DNA from: Lytechinus pictus
Taxonomy: Eukaryota
Assembly: GCF_037042905.1 (NCBI RefSeq)
Contig: NC_087250.1
Location: forward strand, 12,588,001-12,652,000
Length of the DNA stretch: 64,000 nucleotides
Direction of reading: 5' to 3'
Part shown: positions 16,385 through 29,919 of the stretch, piece by piece
Position numbering within the stretch: position 1 is the stretch's first letter
Layout: the number at the start of each line of letters is the position of its first letter
Position numbers and translations under genes: made by a program
The notes under the pieces: model-generated
What the model was told of the DNA's origin: nothing
The model's input: the letters and a program-made list of their open reading frames with translations, nothing else
Databases searched by the model: none

Positions 16385-17610
16385 TCCTCTTTAATTCTTT
16401 CTTCATTTCTTTCTTTATTGCATTCTTTCTTTCATTTTTCTTTCTTTTTTATCCTTTTTTTCTTCATCCTTTCTTCTATCCTTCCTGCTTGATTTTTTTT
16501 TTGGTTCTATCTTATTGCAGATCTTTCCTAGCTTTCTTTCCTGATCATTTCTCTCTGTTCATTTTTTGTTATTTCCTTCCTTCTTTTATTTCCTTTCTTC
16601 TTTCTTTCCTAATTTTTTTGCTCCCTTCCTCTCTTCTTTTCTTTTCATTCTTTCTGTCACTCCCTCTTTCTTCTTTCCTACTTTCATTCTTTTCTTGCTT
16701 TCACTCTCTCTTTGATTCATTCTTTTCTTCCTTTCATTCCTTTTCTTTTCCTTTCCCTTATTCTTTCTTATCTTCCTGATTTTTCTTTTTCTCTTTCTTT
16801 TTTCCATTCCTTCTCTCTCGTCCTATCTTTTCTGAATTCCCTTTTCCATTCCATCTATCTTTATTTCTTATTTCCTAGCTTTCCTTCCTATTTTTCTGTG
16901 TTCATTTATTTTCTTCCTTCTTTCCTTCTTTACATGTCCCTCATTGTTCTTTTTTCTTTCTTTCTTTCCTTCTTTCTCTTTAATACTCTCCTTCTTTTTT
17001 TATTTCCTTCATTCTTTCTTTTCTTAAAATTTTCTTTGCTTCCTTTTCCCTTCCTCTCCCTTCTCTTTTTATTCTTTCTCTCCTTCTATTATTTTCTTTT
17101 TTTTCATTCTCTCCTTCCTCTCTTTTATCCTTTAAATCTTTTTTTTTCTTTTTTTTTCCTTTTTGCTATTCCCTTCCTTCCTGTTTTTCTTCTTTCTTTT
17201 TCTCAAAGAAGGAAACATTTTTCTTTCCTTCATTCCTTCATTCATCCTGTTTTTTTCTTACCTTCTTTTTTTTTTCTCTCCTTTTTTTCTTTCAAACATT
17301 CATTCATCATCCCTTCCTTTCTTTTTCTTTCCTTTTTCTTTTTTATTTATTTCAAAGAATGAAGGAACCTTTTTTTCTTTCCTTTATTTTTTTCATCCTT
17401 CCTTTATTCTAACTTTTCTTTTCACTGTTTTTATTTTTTTTCCCTTCATTTTCTTTACTTCATTTTTCCCCTACACTTTTTCTTTCTTTCTTCTCCATTC
17501 ATCTCTTTTCTTTCTCTCCTTCATTCTTTATTTCACCCATTTGTTCACCCTCCCTTCCTTTCTTTTTTTTCCTCTCTTTGTATATTTCTTTCTTTCTTTT
17601 CTTCTTTTAT
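16385..17610 (+). repeat. CT-rich low-complexity tract
   Basis: ~1.2 kb of degenerate TTTC/TTCC; explains the Phe/Leu/Ser ORFs. Confidence 0.95.
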
Positions 17611-17845
17611 AATTATTTTCAGTGATTCCCTTTTTTATTTTGTGCCACGGTCACAAAAGTACATGAAAATATATGAGAGAGGAAATCATTAAAATGGCAT
17701 ATCAACACACTAATTTTGGTCATGGACGGCAAGATAAAATCACTTTGAAAAAAAAAAAAAATTTACAAATACTGTACAAGGGTCAAGGTACATCAGTTCA
17801 TGTTAAAGAGGAAATGGTACATGTACATAGAAGATCAATCCCCGG

Positions 17846-20800
17846 CAACGTTCTCGCCAGGTTCACTCTGACGCTTGGCGGCGCGAAGCGACGCAAGCTG
17901 CACAGCGGCCTCGGTGCGTGCAAAGCACGCACGGGGGGAGGGTTCGGGAGGGGGGTGTCCCCCCTCCCGCGCAAAGCGCGGTAGCTATCGAAAATATCAA
18001 TATCGACGAGCTTAGATTGCTGCTAAATGCACCACATTTTATGTCTATTTAATGCTTCTCCGGCCACACAGCCGTAACGGTTGCGCGAATTGCGATTAAA
18101 GCAGAAAGGCAATTACTGATAACTTAAAAATTGAAGTCAATCTCATTTTATACTTACAGTTTATAGACTATTTACATCGATGAATTAACTCCATACTTTC
18201 CAATGTTCAGATCGATATCGCTACATTCTTAGAAAGTGCGATTAATTTTGTGAATGCGTGTTGTTTCTTATGTCAATGACCGACTGCATCTACGGACCGC
18301 ATGCGTAGCCCTTTGAGCTTGCGCTGCGTCACGCCCTTATTAAATCCAAAGATTGTTCCGACTTTATACCTCGGTCACATTTGTTCTACGGCGGCCGTAC
18401 GGCGAGTCGAAAACAGCCGTTTTAACATTTTTTGTACCAGCTGAATATAGGTGGTTACTGTGGTTTGAATAAAAATGAATAAAACGGCTGTTTTCGACTC
18501 GCCGTAGAGCAAATGTGACCGAAGTATTATTTGGAAATCCGAGGCTTCCAAATAATGGGCATCGGTATTCATGAGACGGGGTCCCCAACTTATATAATTT
18601 GCATGGTTTTTTGTTTGGTTTATTCGATACTCACTGAAACTATAACTCTTATAAGACTTCTGTTGATGATGTTTATACTAATAATTTCCAATCGAGATTC
18701 TTTTATCACAGTCAATTATTGCTGTGTTCCTTTGTATTGTTCGTTACTCACCTATAAAATAATGAATGTGCTGTGCTCATCACGAGCGTGAGAAATATTT
18801 TTAGTCATTCATTATACTCTAATATTACGAATTTGTTTTTCTTAACTGCGATTTAAAATGTTTTGAAAGTATAGGTTAATTGACAGGAAATAAGATTTCT
18901 ATTTTTACATAATACATTATGTAGGCCTACAAATACAGCGTGTGTGAAAGAGAGGAAGAGGGGTGGGGTTGTAGGATGGTCGAAGGGAGAGAGCGATAGG
19001 GGAGGGGTCGTGGCGTGGACAATGACAAGGGGATGTTGAGATCGTGTGTGTGGGATTGGTGAAGAAGTCAATATTCGAAGCGAATACATTTTTATAGACG
19101 TGTCTATACTTCTACCGATGATGACGGCCGAATAATCTTTCTTACATGTATATTTTGGTGAATTTAAAAAATATTTTCTTGCACCATGAGTGGGATGATC
19201 GAGGTACGTGATTCAATAAATTGCATCACAATATCACCATAGGTGTAGTTTGAAAATCACGAACAGTTTATTAAAAATGAATAAAAGAGAAAGATCTTCT
19301 TAATTTCATAGCCCCCATCCAGCGTAAACACCATGAAGAGTTTTTGAGGTCACGAAATCAGCTGATTCGCACTCAAACAACAGGTTAACAGGTCACACAC
19401 GTGGGACACATTCCAAGGGCGGGAATTCGGGGAAACCCGTTTTCAAGCACAATGATTGGCTCAACCCAGAAAGTGAATACTAATTAGATCACGTGCCATC
19501 GGCTTTGGGGCGTCTCGTTCACATTCCAACTCATTTCATAAATATCATCCACTCGCAGTATAATTAGGCTAACGACGTTGCCAAGATATAACTCATATAT
19601 TAAAAGCACAATTCCGATATAAAACATAAAGACATAAGTGAACTTGAAAAATTCATCCAACGATATTAAAATTATACTAGCAACTCATTGTGGGCGTGAA
19701 AAAACGATATACATCCGATATCCTCTAAAACGTTCACACATATCAACTTCAATAATTCGTACTTGAAACGAATATCTGTGAATGAATTGCCAATTCCACT
19801 TTGTTGAATGTGTACTTCTATCGAAATCTATTGAATCACGTACCTCTCCCGACCCAAGGTGGATTTTCCGATCGCCATAAAGATTATGCAGCCATAATCA
19901 CAGTAGACACATCCATAAATGAATATCAATTTCATTCGCTACGAACTTAATCCCCTCCCCACAAAGTCACAAACATTCCATCTTTTCATCTACATTGCCC
20001 ACGGCCACCCCCATTCTCTTTTTTTCCTTTACACAAATTAATTTCAAATGATATTTTGTTTTAAATCGTAGTTAAGCAATTGTACAACAAATTCATAAAG
20101 CATTCACTGTGATGACTAAAAACATTTCTCAGGCCCGTGACAGGTGCGCTCATTATTTAATTGGCAGGCAAAGAGTAATAAAGGACAATACAAATGAAAA
20201 TACACTGTACGTATAACTCACATAAAAAAAATGAGTCGTAATGTTAAAAAATGTGAATAATATTAATAAAGATTATTAATTATGAAAATTATAACAGATT
20301 CAATGAATATATGAAAAAAATCAAATTAAATTAGTTTTGGATCCCATCTAATCTTGGAAGACTATCGGATCCCCGGATCAAGGATTTTGATGCCATGTGC
20401 GATTTGTATTATGAATGTGACCGTTGCGAGCGCGAGTGCAGTGGCACAGAACTTGGTAGACACGCCGTCGCGAAATTAATCAACAGTTTCAAAAGATCGA
20501 CGTAGAGATCAAGACTTTGGAAATAATGGAATAAAATCGGAATTTAAATGTGAATAAATCATTTTTGATGTAAGTAAATGAGTTGGACATTATATCAATC
20601 CATTCCATTGGCTTTGTCATTATTAACGTGATCTTTGAATAGTTTTTCTCAATTCGCTCTACGACAGTGTCATCAGAAATGCATTCAATGAATTCATGTA
20701 GATGTAGCTATAAAGGCTGGGGCCTGGGACGAGATGAAACTATATTTCGATCGAATTTTGATAGTAATTTTGACACACTTTATTTTTGACATAATAAGTG

Positions 20801-21258
20801 ACAATATCAACTGAAATTCGTATTAATCTAAATTACATTGCCCAAGCCAGTAACCCACGATACCCCCTCTCCCCTCACTTGTTTTTGAGCGTATTTACTA
20901 CCATTTTAAAGACGTAAATAATGTGAGCAATGCGATACGCAAATGCGAGGTAAACATCTTCGCGCTTCCCACAAAAGAGATTGGGCCTCGAGTCGAGGTC
21001 GTATCGTATAGACTAGTAGTGAGTGAGTCAAAGAAATCCCGGGAAGAAATCGTGGACGAAATAATCGACAAGTTTATTTTAGGATCTGAAAAGCAGATTA
21101 TTTATTTTTATATATTATTCAGTTTTTGTGTAGATCTAGGCCTGCTTTACAGTTGTCGGCCACGGTTGTCGGGGAAGTTCAGGGTTGGCGGATTTGCCCT
21201 GAAAATTTTCAGGCTTGGCGGCGCCCGCCAACCGTGACGCGTGGTAGCGAGAACGTTG
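17846..21258. mobile_element. 3.4-kb non-autonomous TIR element with 8-bp TSD (hAT- or P-like)
   Basis: TIRs CAACGTTCTCGC...GCGAGAACGTTG; perfect TSD ATCCCCGG at 17838-17845 and 21259-21266. Confidence 0.85.
18367..18526. mobile_element. PIF/Harbinger-like MITE
   Basis: Palindromic TACCTCGGTCACATTTG...CAAATGTGACCGAAGTA with TTA TSD (18364-18366/18527-18529). Confidence 0.75.
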
Positions 21259-21576
21259 ATCCCCGGGAAAATCTTGTTTTGAAATATTTTTTGGGGGGCA
21301 AGTGAAATAATTCGGGCAAGTATTGTCCAACTATTTAGAAATAAAAAAGGTTATGTAGCACCCTTTACAAGTTTAAATACATTCGACATCTAAAAAAAGG
21401 ATACCGAAAAAAATGGCCTTTGATGCCCTTCTTGGAAAAAGATTTTGGCCTTGGTGCCCTTTGTAGTGGCCTTGGTGCCCTAAAAAATATGAGGTATTTC
21501 AAGGCCAAACTGGCCTTGCCCTAAAAATGACGAAATTTAAGGCCTGATTTCATATACTAAATACAGAATAAATAGT

Positions 21577-22023
21577 CAGTAGAGGCGCACGGCCAATATG
21601 GGAGACTCTCTCCAATAGGGGAGACAATCTCCCACATTGGAGACTTGCTTTGCAAAAGGACAAAAGAAACAACACCAACAAAAGCATGATTTTTTCCACC
21701 CAAAATTTTGTCTCACTGAGGTCAGAAGCCCATTTGTTTTGTGTGTGATTGACAACAAAAATCCTTATCAAAACAAAAGTAGATGGTGAATTTTTAAAGT
21801 AGACGGTGAAAAGGGGTAATTTTTCATGAGGAATCTGCTAATCACATTTTTATTTGCCGCCAAGGTAATCCTTTTGCAGCAAATGTAAACAAAGGAAATT
21901 GGTATCCAAAACTGGAGACTGTCTCTGAAATTGGATACCCAAATTCTTTACAAAAGTCTCTGATATTGGAGATAATCTCCCACATTGGAGACAGTCTCCA
22001 ATATTGGCCGTGCGCCTCTACTG
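21577..22023. mobile_element. MITE with 5-bp TSD, unclassified
   Basis: Perfect TIR CAGTAGAGGCGCACGGCCAATAT; TSD ATAGT (21572-21576/22024-22028). Confidence 0.8.
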
Positions 22024-22848
22024 ATAGTGAGTGGATGACGTCATCAGTCTCCTCATTTGCATACCAATCAGGTCCAGGATGTGCATATAATGTTTTTGTG
22101 AAATTAAGCAAAACTTTAAAATGCAATAACTTTCTTATTTTACATCTGATTTTGATAAAATGTTCAGTGTTAATTTGTTATGCTTAATGTTGGATTTCTC
22201 TCTTGACTTGAGTCTTGTTATTCAAATCATTTTTTTGTTGGGGTGGACTTGTCCTTAGTTTAAGTGCATGACAGCCCAAAAGTGCTAAAACATATATATA
22301 TATATTTTTTCAAATCCAATCAATGGCTGCAATGCAAATTGAGTTTTTCCCCAAACTCCAAAAGGCAAAGACTCAAGAGTCCAAAGACAAAGTCAAGTCA
22401 TTCAATGATTCATGACATGACATTGTATCAATCATCATTTCTATAATTAACAGCTGAACAGAGACCGAAGCTTTTGGTCTAGCTCTAGATCATGCCTGGC
22501 CCTGGCCTGGGTCAGAATCAGATGGCCATAGTCATAGACAGGTATGCAAATTGTTATTTCCACTGATTTCATTCGAAAATAGACCTCGCGCTCGCGATCG
22601 CGTCTTGAGGTGACCGCATACCCTCCCCGAGACCACGAGCTCCGCCCCAGCCTCCCACGGCGGCGGATCTCCCTAGTAAAAAGGCTACGGCTAATCCTTG
22701 CCCGAGAAACGACAGACTGCTCCGCGGCCGCGCGGACTCTGTTAATTTTTCTTACTTTTTTTGAACTGACATGATTAACTAGGCATAAAGGCAAGTTCAC
22801 AGTCACACAACCACACATCGTTACCTACAGTAAAACTAATTCACTTAC

Positions 22849-23050
22849 CACGATAAAGTCTGTCATCCAAATACGACCATCAAAAATTGCTGAAGTGCTT
22901 TAAATCACCGTCGGATACTGGATTGAGCTTTTTGTAATTTACAGTGCGCGGCCATATTGTTTGGACGGTTGTTATAGTCGTTGTCCCATGATGCAACGCG
23001 CGCTATAATTGATTGGCGCTGTCGATCGTGCGCGCGTGGACGTACGTGAG
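22849..23050 (-). promoter_or_regulatory. Probable promoter and non-coding first exon of the F-box gene
   Basis: CpG-rich region (~22580-23050), strong donor GTG|GTaagt at 22849, YY1-like AATATGGCCGC at ~22950, CCAAT at ~23012; TSS not determinable. Confidence 0.55.
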
Positions 23051-23827
23051 TGGAGGAAACAAGAATTAGGCCTACAGTTCTCGACAAATATATATATTTT
23101 TTTCAACTTGACATGGGATTTCTATCCATCAGTTGTGTGAAAGTCGACTTGGCCTTTCATTCATTTTACATTATTTACATCCCCAATACATATATCTCAT
23201 AAAAGTACGATGAAAGGTTAAAAATAATTTTACATTCCTTAATCCCCATTATATCACATAAAATTATATATGCCTATTACTAGTATCTTATTCCTCCTTC
23301 TTCTCCTCAGTGACGTTCTTCTTCTTCTTAATTCTCCTCCAGCTCCTATTTCTTTTTCTTCTTCCTCTCCTTCTCCTCCCTCTCTTTCTTAGCTTCTTCT
23401 TCTTAGTCTTCTTCTTTTCTATTACCTTCTCATTCTCCTCCTATAGCTCCCTCGCAGCCTCACTCATTAAAGCTCCCTTTCCTTTCACCAGGCCGCCATG
23501 CAACCCCTCTCGGGTCCCTCTCTCATTTTGATCTGGAGCAGTTCAATTTAATTCAACCTCATTTTCTTGAAAAGATTTTCCATCCCGTTTTACTCTTTAT
23601 AATTCTTCGTTCTTGTTTCCAATTAAATGTTTTATCTCTTTTTATCCTCATCCTGGTCTTCATTTTATTTTTTGTAAATCCCCACCCCCTAATTTCTTAT
23701 AGGTAATGCCTATTAAAATCCTGTCTCCTATGCATGTATACTGGTAAAAATGTGAATCACTTCTACCAAAATCATTAACAGGTGAGTAGGCCTAATAACA
23801 ATATAATAATGATAATACTCATTATTA

Positions 23828-23959
23828 CAGGGGCCGCGGAACGTTTTTCAAAGAGGGGGGACAGAGCCAAAAGTGGGGGTCCATGCAAAAAATCACAATC
23901 ATATGGTCATTTTTACGTTTTTGTACCTGAAGCCCCCCCCCCCCTGCCCGTGGCCCCTG
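23828..23959. mobile_element. Short hAT-like MITE
   Basis: CAGGGGCCGCGG...CCGTGGCCCCTG with near-identical 8-bp flanks (cattatta/tattatta). Confidence 0.6.
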
Positions 23960-26900
23960 TATTATTATTACTTTTATTCTTAATTTTATCAATATTATTG
24001 GCATTATTATCATCATCATCATCATCACTATTATTATCATCATTTTAATCATCACTATCATTATATCATTAATATTATCATTACTATCATCATAATTATT
24101 ACTATCTACTATATTTTTAATATCATAATTGTAGCTTCTTGCACGGTTAAGCTACAGCTAAGGATTAACTTAGGCTCGTGGATAGTCAATATCCGAACGC
24201 ACCAGCACACTCCAAAGATAAATGACCAATCACACAGTCATGTAGGTTAAGACATCCATTTAATAATAACAGTAAACTTGGCGGACGAAATAACGGCGTG
24301 TTCACACAACGCGAAAATAAAATGATCGATGATACATAAGAAATGGCGAAGTAGAACAGAACGATAAATAACTTGAAGTGATTGACAAACGTGAGTGAGC
24401 GAGCAATTGGTGGTTCGCTGCAATAAAAATGAAAGTGTAATTGCAAATTAGTATGTCGTCAACATAGAGAAATTTACATGAAAGAATGATCATAATATTC
24501 TGATGGATAAAGAGATTATTATCATCTTATAACCATGTCGGTATTCATCTAATTGTTATAATAAAACTAGTAAAAAACAGAAGGTATAGATATATACATA
24601 ATAACATGAAAGTCAATAGCAATTAATCATAACTAATGCTAAAAGAATAAACTTAATTCTGTATAACTAATAACCCGTCTGAACACACCTCTACTCAAGC
24701 TGTGCCATAAACAAGACTATCTCCTTTGGGATAGCATTGACCATGGGCCTATACACATTAATAACTCTCAGTAACAGTGGCATTGAAACCATCACTCAAC
24801 AAAGCACTTTTGTTTGCTTATTAGCTGTACAGCTTGTATACTCTCAGTGAGGATTACACATACCCTATTCTTCCCTACAGTATACTTCTAACCAGTGTAG
24901 TGTCAAAAACTAATTAGCAACATATAGAATTATGGATGTAAAACATATATAAAATACATAAATGAATACTCAAATATTACTTGTTACCCACTTAAATATT
25001 CTCAACAATAAACTTCATATACAACTTCTGGTATGACGTAGCAAAGAAAGAATGAGAGGTAGAGAGAGAGAGAGAGAGAGAAAGAGAAAGAGAGAGTGAG
25101 AGACTCAGTACAAAGATAAACTTATCCCTCTGAAACTTGAAATATATATATACAGTACAAACTTGACATAACTTGTATAATATTAATATAGTAAACATAA
25201 CAATATTCTATATATCAGATATGAGAACTTACCAATTGTTTGACCTCCTGGTTTCACAATATCAGTAACTTTTGATCGAATGTATAACAGCACAACTTGT
25301 TGCAATGAAACTTTTCTTCCTTCTGAGGTGGAAGATGCAAAGGGCTTATCACCCTTCTGAGATGCTTAGGCTAATTTGCATATCAGCCTAAGTCTTGACC
25401 AATGGGTTTATTGTTACTATGCTGCACCCTTGGTCTGACCAGGGTGTGGCTGACCAACCAGAATTGACATTATCATAAACAACCTTGTTACTAGGCCAGA
25501 AAACATACCCAGTGACCAACTGGCAATGACTTTACCTTATTTGGGAAACAGAACATGAATTAATGAAGGTTAAATATATAGTCTTGACTTTCAGCCCACT
25601 TGTGGTTTATGCCGCTACAATAATTATTAATGATATAGAAAAAAAAATAAGAGTACAAACACATTCAGTTGACTGTAATGATTTTGTTGTTTTATTGTAT
25701 ATAACAACCACATTTATCATGATAGTAATATGCATATATATATTAATTTTAATTTCACTATACTTCGGACCTGTGTATTTGAAATACCAAAACGTATCTC
25801 AGCACAGAGAAAAAAGGGGTGAAGAAAACTTACATCAACATCAATACAAGTCAAAACTCATCCAGAAACAGAATACAAGGTTCCCACAGAAATTTGAAAA
25901 CAGAATTCCAGGACTTTTCCATGACTAAATTGCTGCTTTCAATGACACCCGTGTCGTCCCGGGAGTTATGTAGAATTTGGGATGTCACAAAACTGGAAAT
26001 CATGAACACCAATCTGGCATTTTTTAGCCATTAGAATTCAAATTTGGCATCTAGGTCCCTTTGTCGGTAAAGTTTTACTTTTATTGTAAAATAGCCCCCC
26101 TGATAATTCTTTTTATTCACACAATGAGGCAGACCTTAAACTTTTCAAACCATTCAGATATATACACTTTTTGTTTGCTTATAGCTCATCATTTCCTGTT
26201 AATTGAGACCTTGTGGAGTTGAATACATACCTACAATAATCATAAATAAGAATAAAATAAGCCATGTAGAAAAGGGAAATGTACAAAATACAACTCATAC
26301 ATACAAAGATATCTGGTAATGGTAATTTTGTGATCTATAATCATATATCTTTTTAGACAAACATATATTATAACACATTGATATTTAGTATTAACCTTAT
26401 AAAGTGGGTTACATCAAAATGAATCATATACATATGTTTCAAATGAATATATTTGATGGATGAAGAAGATGAAACAGAGGTCCGTACAATTAACCCGCTG
26501 CCGACTGGAACCGGGTGATCCCTGTACAAAGTCTATGGGAATTACTCAATTCAGTATTCAACAGGTTAAGCAGACAGTCTTATTTGACGCTTGTAGCCCA
26601 ACTGCCGAAGGCTAAGCTCCTAGAATTGACAATTGCTAATTTTTGTTTCTTTTTCATACTTAAAAAAACCAAAACATGTGTCATGGATGTAACACTTGAT
26701 ATTTACCATTAATACAACAATTTTCACTGAAATATATGATTATATTTAAGTTTTGGAAATAATCAGAATCTAGTATTCAACACCATCTATTGTGCAATTT
26801 GCAATTTTGTAACGATTCTGAAAATCCTTAGAACCAAAACCCCAAATTTTGGGAGAATAATACATTGAGCCTATGGGGCATAGGCCTCTGACACTGTGGA

Positions 26901-28849
26901 AGATGACTCGTCATCTGTGTACCAGGAGAAACCAGCAGGTTTTTATAGAAAAAAATGTTTAGAAACTCCTCTAAGTAGACAGATTTCAGCTGTCTAAATG
27001 GTTGATAGTTACTTCTAGACTCCAAGGGTCATAGACCTCGGCAAAGCCCATCACAGATTCAAGCGTGAAATCATTGAGCCTGTCGTTAGTATGGTAATTT
27101 CGTTATTCTGAGGCATTAATGTGCTAAAATTGTCTCATGTCATTCTGTTTGACTGCATACAGTTCTTATGTGTTACCTATGCAATTTTATGCAACATCAA
27201 TATGAGCAAAAAAAACTTCCACACTGTGGAAAATGAAATGAAATTGAATTGAAAACCGCAAATTCCACATCCATCTTCAGTTTGAAAAAAAAAGGTCTGT
27301 ACTACGAAAGTGATTTCTCATTGACACAATAGGAATACAAGTAATTGCTAGATATATTAACTTATATTTATACAACATAGTTCATTGAATAATACAATAA
27401 TCATGAACATTTTCCTACTCATGTACACACAGTGGAACATACTGTAAGAATGTATATTTCAAATATAATGATAATAGAAAGAATTGCACATGTCGGTATA
27501 TCGTTAAAACAAGAAATATGAAAGTCCCTGTACACAATTTACATGTACATGTCGATTACGCCGCACAGGTATCACAATCACATTGCATGTAATGTACAAA
27601 ATATAAATAAACCACATCAGGGGAGCTTTTCATGAAACAAACAGTCAGTGATTTTTCAATGACAACTGTTATAAGCTACCAAAATCCTTGCATCTGATTG
27701 GCTAAGATTGACTCAGCTGGTGTAAAATCACTGATTGTTTGCTTCGTGAAATACTCCCCAGGAAAGTCAACTTCAAAATGGAAAGTGTTTCAAAAGATGA
27801 AAGTCTAACTCTTCTTTTTCTTGAACTTTTTACATAATGTATCGTGGAGCATTTCGCGAAAGGACTTGTCAGACGTTTTATCCGATAGTTACTATGTAGC
27901 AGTGCCTCTCAACCAGCCATTATAAAGGAAAGTTGTCAGACCCGACAACTTGTCGGACGTAAATGTTGATGAAACGCTCCCATTAAGAGCTAAAATGTTA
28001 AACTCAAACCATCCTCCACCTTCAGCAAAAAGAGAATTAAGATGATGAAGAAATGTATACTCTTTTTTTTCTATTTCATTCTCTGCTCATGTATACACAG
28101 GGGTGTGAGTGGTCACAATTAAAAAGTTCTGAAAAAAAAATGAAGAGTGTTGAAAAAAGTTTGAAATAGAAAGAGCTCCCATACTTCTTGTACAGAGGAA
28201 AGCCAAAAATAAGCTGATAGTAAGTTGAAAATCAAAACAAAAAAATCTGAAATCAGCTAAAAAATCTCAGTTCTCACATCCCTGTATTCAGCAACTTGTC
28301 AAACGTCTGTCACGTCTTCTAGCAGAGATCCCGCAGCTATAGGGATGCTGTGTGTCTATTCATTGCAGTTTTTCGGCAGTCCCAATCGTTTTGTCTATGA
28401 TGATTTGTAATGACAAACTGCTTGCATGATTCCTGCGGGAAGGATGCAGCTCTGACTTTTGAGAAGGTGCCTAGTTCGGCCCTCACGCTATTAAAGGGGA
28501 AAATCACCGACAAAAAGTTTTTTTGTAAAAATATCAGAAAAAAACAATAAAAAATAATGCTGAAAGTTTGAAAAAAATCCATCAAAGAATTCAATTATTA
28601 GAATTAGTCATTTGATTTGTGACGTCTTATGCGAGCAGCATTCCTACATAGCGAATGGTAAAAAAATCAATGAAAATAATGTAATTTTCTCAGCAAATTG
28701 AAAATGGTTTTTCCTGTAGCTTTTGTATATCGATTGACAAATCACTTCTTACCAGATCATGAAAAGAAAACAAAAGTAAGTCATCAGGAACCATAAAAAA
28801 TGAAAAATAAAAAAATGAAAACAGTAGCGTGGTATTAAATGAAATTTGT

Positions 28850-29870
28850 TAATACAGGCCATCGCTGGGGCAGGTATATATCTTATTAGCAAATGTTGGA
28901 TAGCAATTATCATTGTACATGCATTTCAAGATAACATACCCACAGAAATAACTGGCCACATATACAGCAGAGAGGTATATTATCTTGATTACTGTGGGGT
29001 ATTTGGGGAACAGGGTAATATCCCATAATAGCACATGATGGATAGCAAATATTATTGTACATGTACCTGATAATAACATACACATAATAATAAATGGCTA
29101 CCCATAAATCACAGAGGTGATCCTTTTCATTGACAGAGGACAGTGTTTGGGTACAGAAATATTCCATGAGTACATGTTGGATAGCAAATATTATTGTACA
29201 TGTACCTGATAAAATAGCATGCACATAGTAATAACCGGCTACCCATAAATCACAGAGGTGATCCTTTTCAATGACAGAGGCCAGTGCATGGGTGCAGAAA
29301 TATCCCATGAGCACATGTTGGATAGCAAACATTATTGTACATGTACCTGATATTATAGCATACACATAGTAATAAATGGCTACCCATGAATCACAGAGGT
29401 GATCCCTTTCATTGACAGAGGACAGTGTTTGGGTACAGAAATATCCCATGAGCACATGTTGGATAGCAAATATTATTGTACATGTACCTGATATTATAGC
29501 ATACACATAGTAATAAATGGCTACCCATAAATCACAGTAATCACCTCTGTTTAAATAGAGGCCATTGTTTAGAAAAGGCAATATTCCAATAGCACACATT
29601 GGATAGCAACTATTATTGTACATGTATTTCATAAAAAATACACAATAGTCATATCTGGATACCTATACAATGTGTGTGTGTGTATTTGAGTTTTGTCAGA
29701 CGTGTATCAATCAGATATGATTATTTACTTCTGGGACCGACCTTTAACGTCACCATCCGAAAGACGTATACCTATACAATGCTAAGGAAATGACCTTTTT
29801 ATTAAGGCCCGTGTCGGGACAGGGCAACACCCCCATAAGAACGTGTTGGATAGCAAATATTATAACATGA
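28850..29870. repeat. ~141-bp tandem repeat (about 7 units) immediately 3' of the MINDY stop codon
   Basis: GTTGGATAGCAAATATTATTGTACATG-like core recurs at ~28895, 29038, 29177, 29318, 29459, 29600, 29845. Confidence 0.9.
29673..29767 (-). mobile_element. 5'-truncated copy of the 7SL-headed SINE
   Basis: Reverse complement of 56161-56250 with 2 mismatches plus (CA)n tail; TSD ATACCTATACAAT(G) at 29659-29671 and 29768-29780. Confidence 0.9.
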
Positions 29871-29919
29871 AGTTATACTCATTCAGTTGTAGGATGATCT
29901 AGCCACTCGATGGGAATCC

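Larger units (their letters stand above)
15536..21546. mobile_element. Probable hAT-like non-autonomous element nested in the MITE
   Basis: Imperfect TIRs CAGGGCATAAATT...AATTTAAGGCCTG; ATTTCA on both flanks (imperfect TSD); TGCCC-rich subterminal motifs at both ends. Confidence 0.6.
15173..22255. mobile_element. TTAA-TSD MITE (AGGTCAAGTCCACCCC family) split by nested insertions
   Basis: Left part 15173-15535 and right parts 21547-21576/22024-22255 match the intact copy at 43375-43979. Confidence 0.75.

Noticed and set aside
16336..17612. Hydrophobic membrane-protein-like ORFs
   Set aside because: CT-rich low-complexity DNA
28910..29632. 240-aa repetitive ORF
   Set aside because: Arises because the 141-bp unit is a multiple of 3; lies after the MINDY stop and shows no domain
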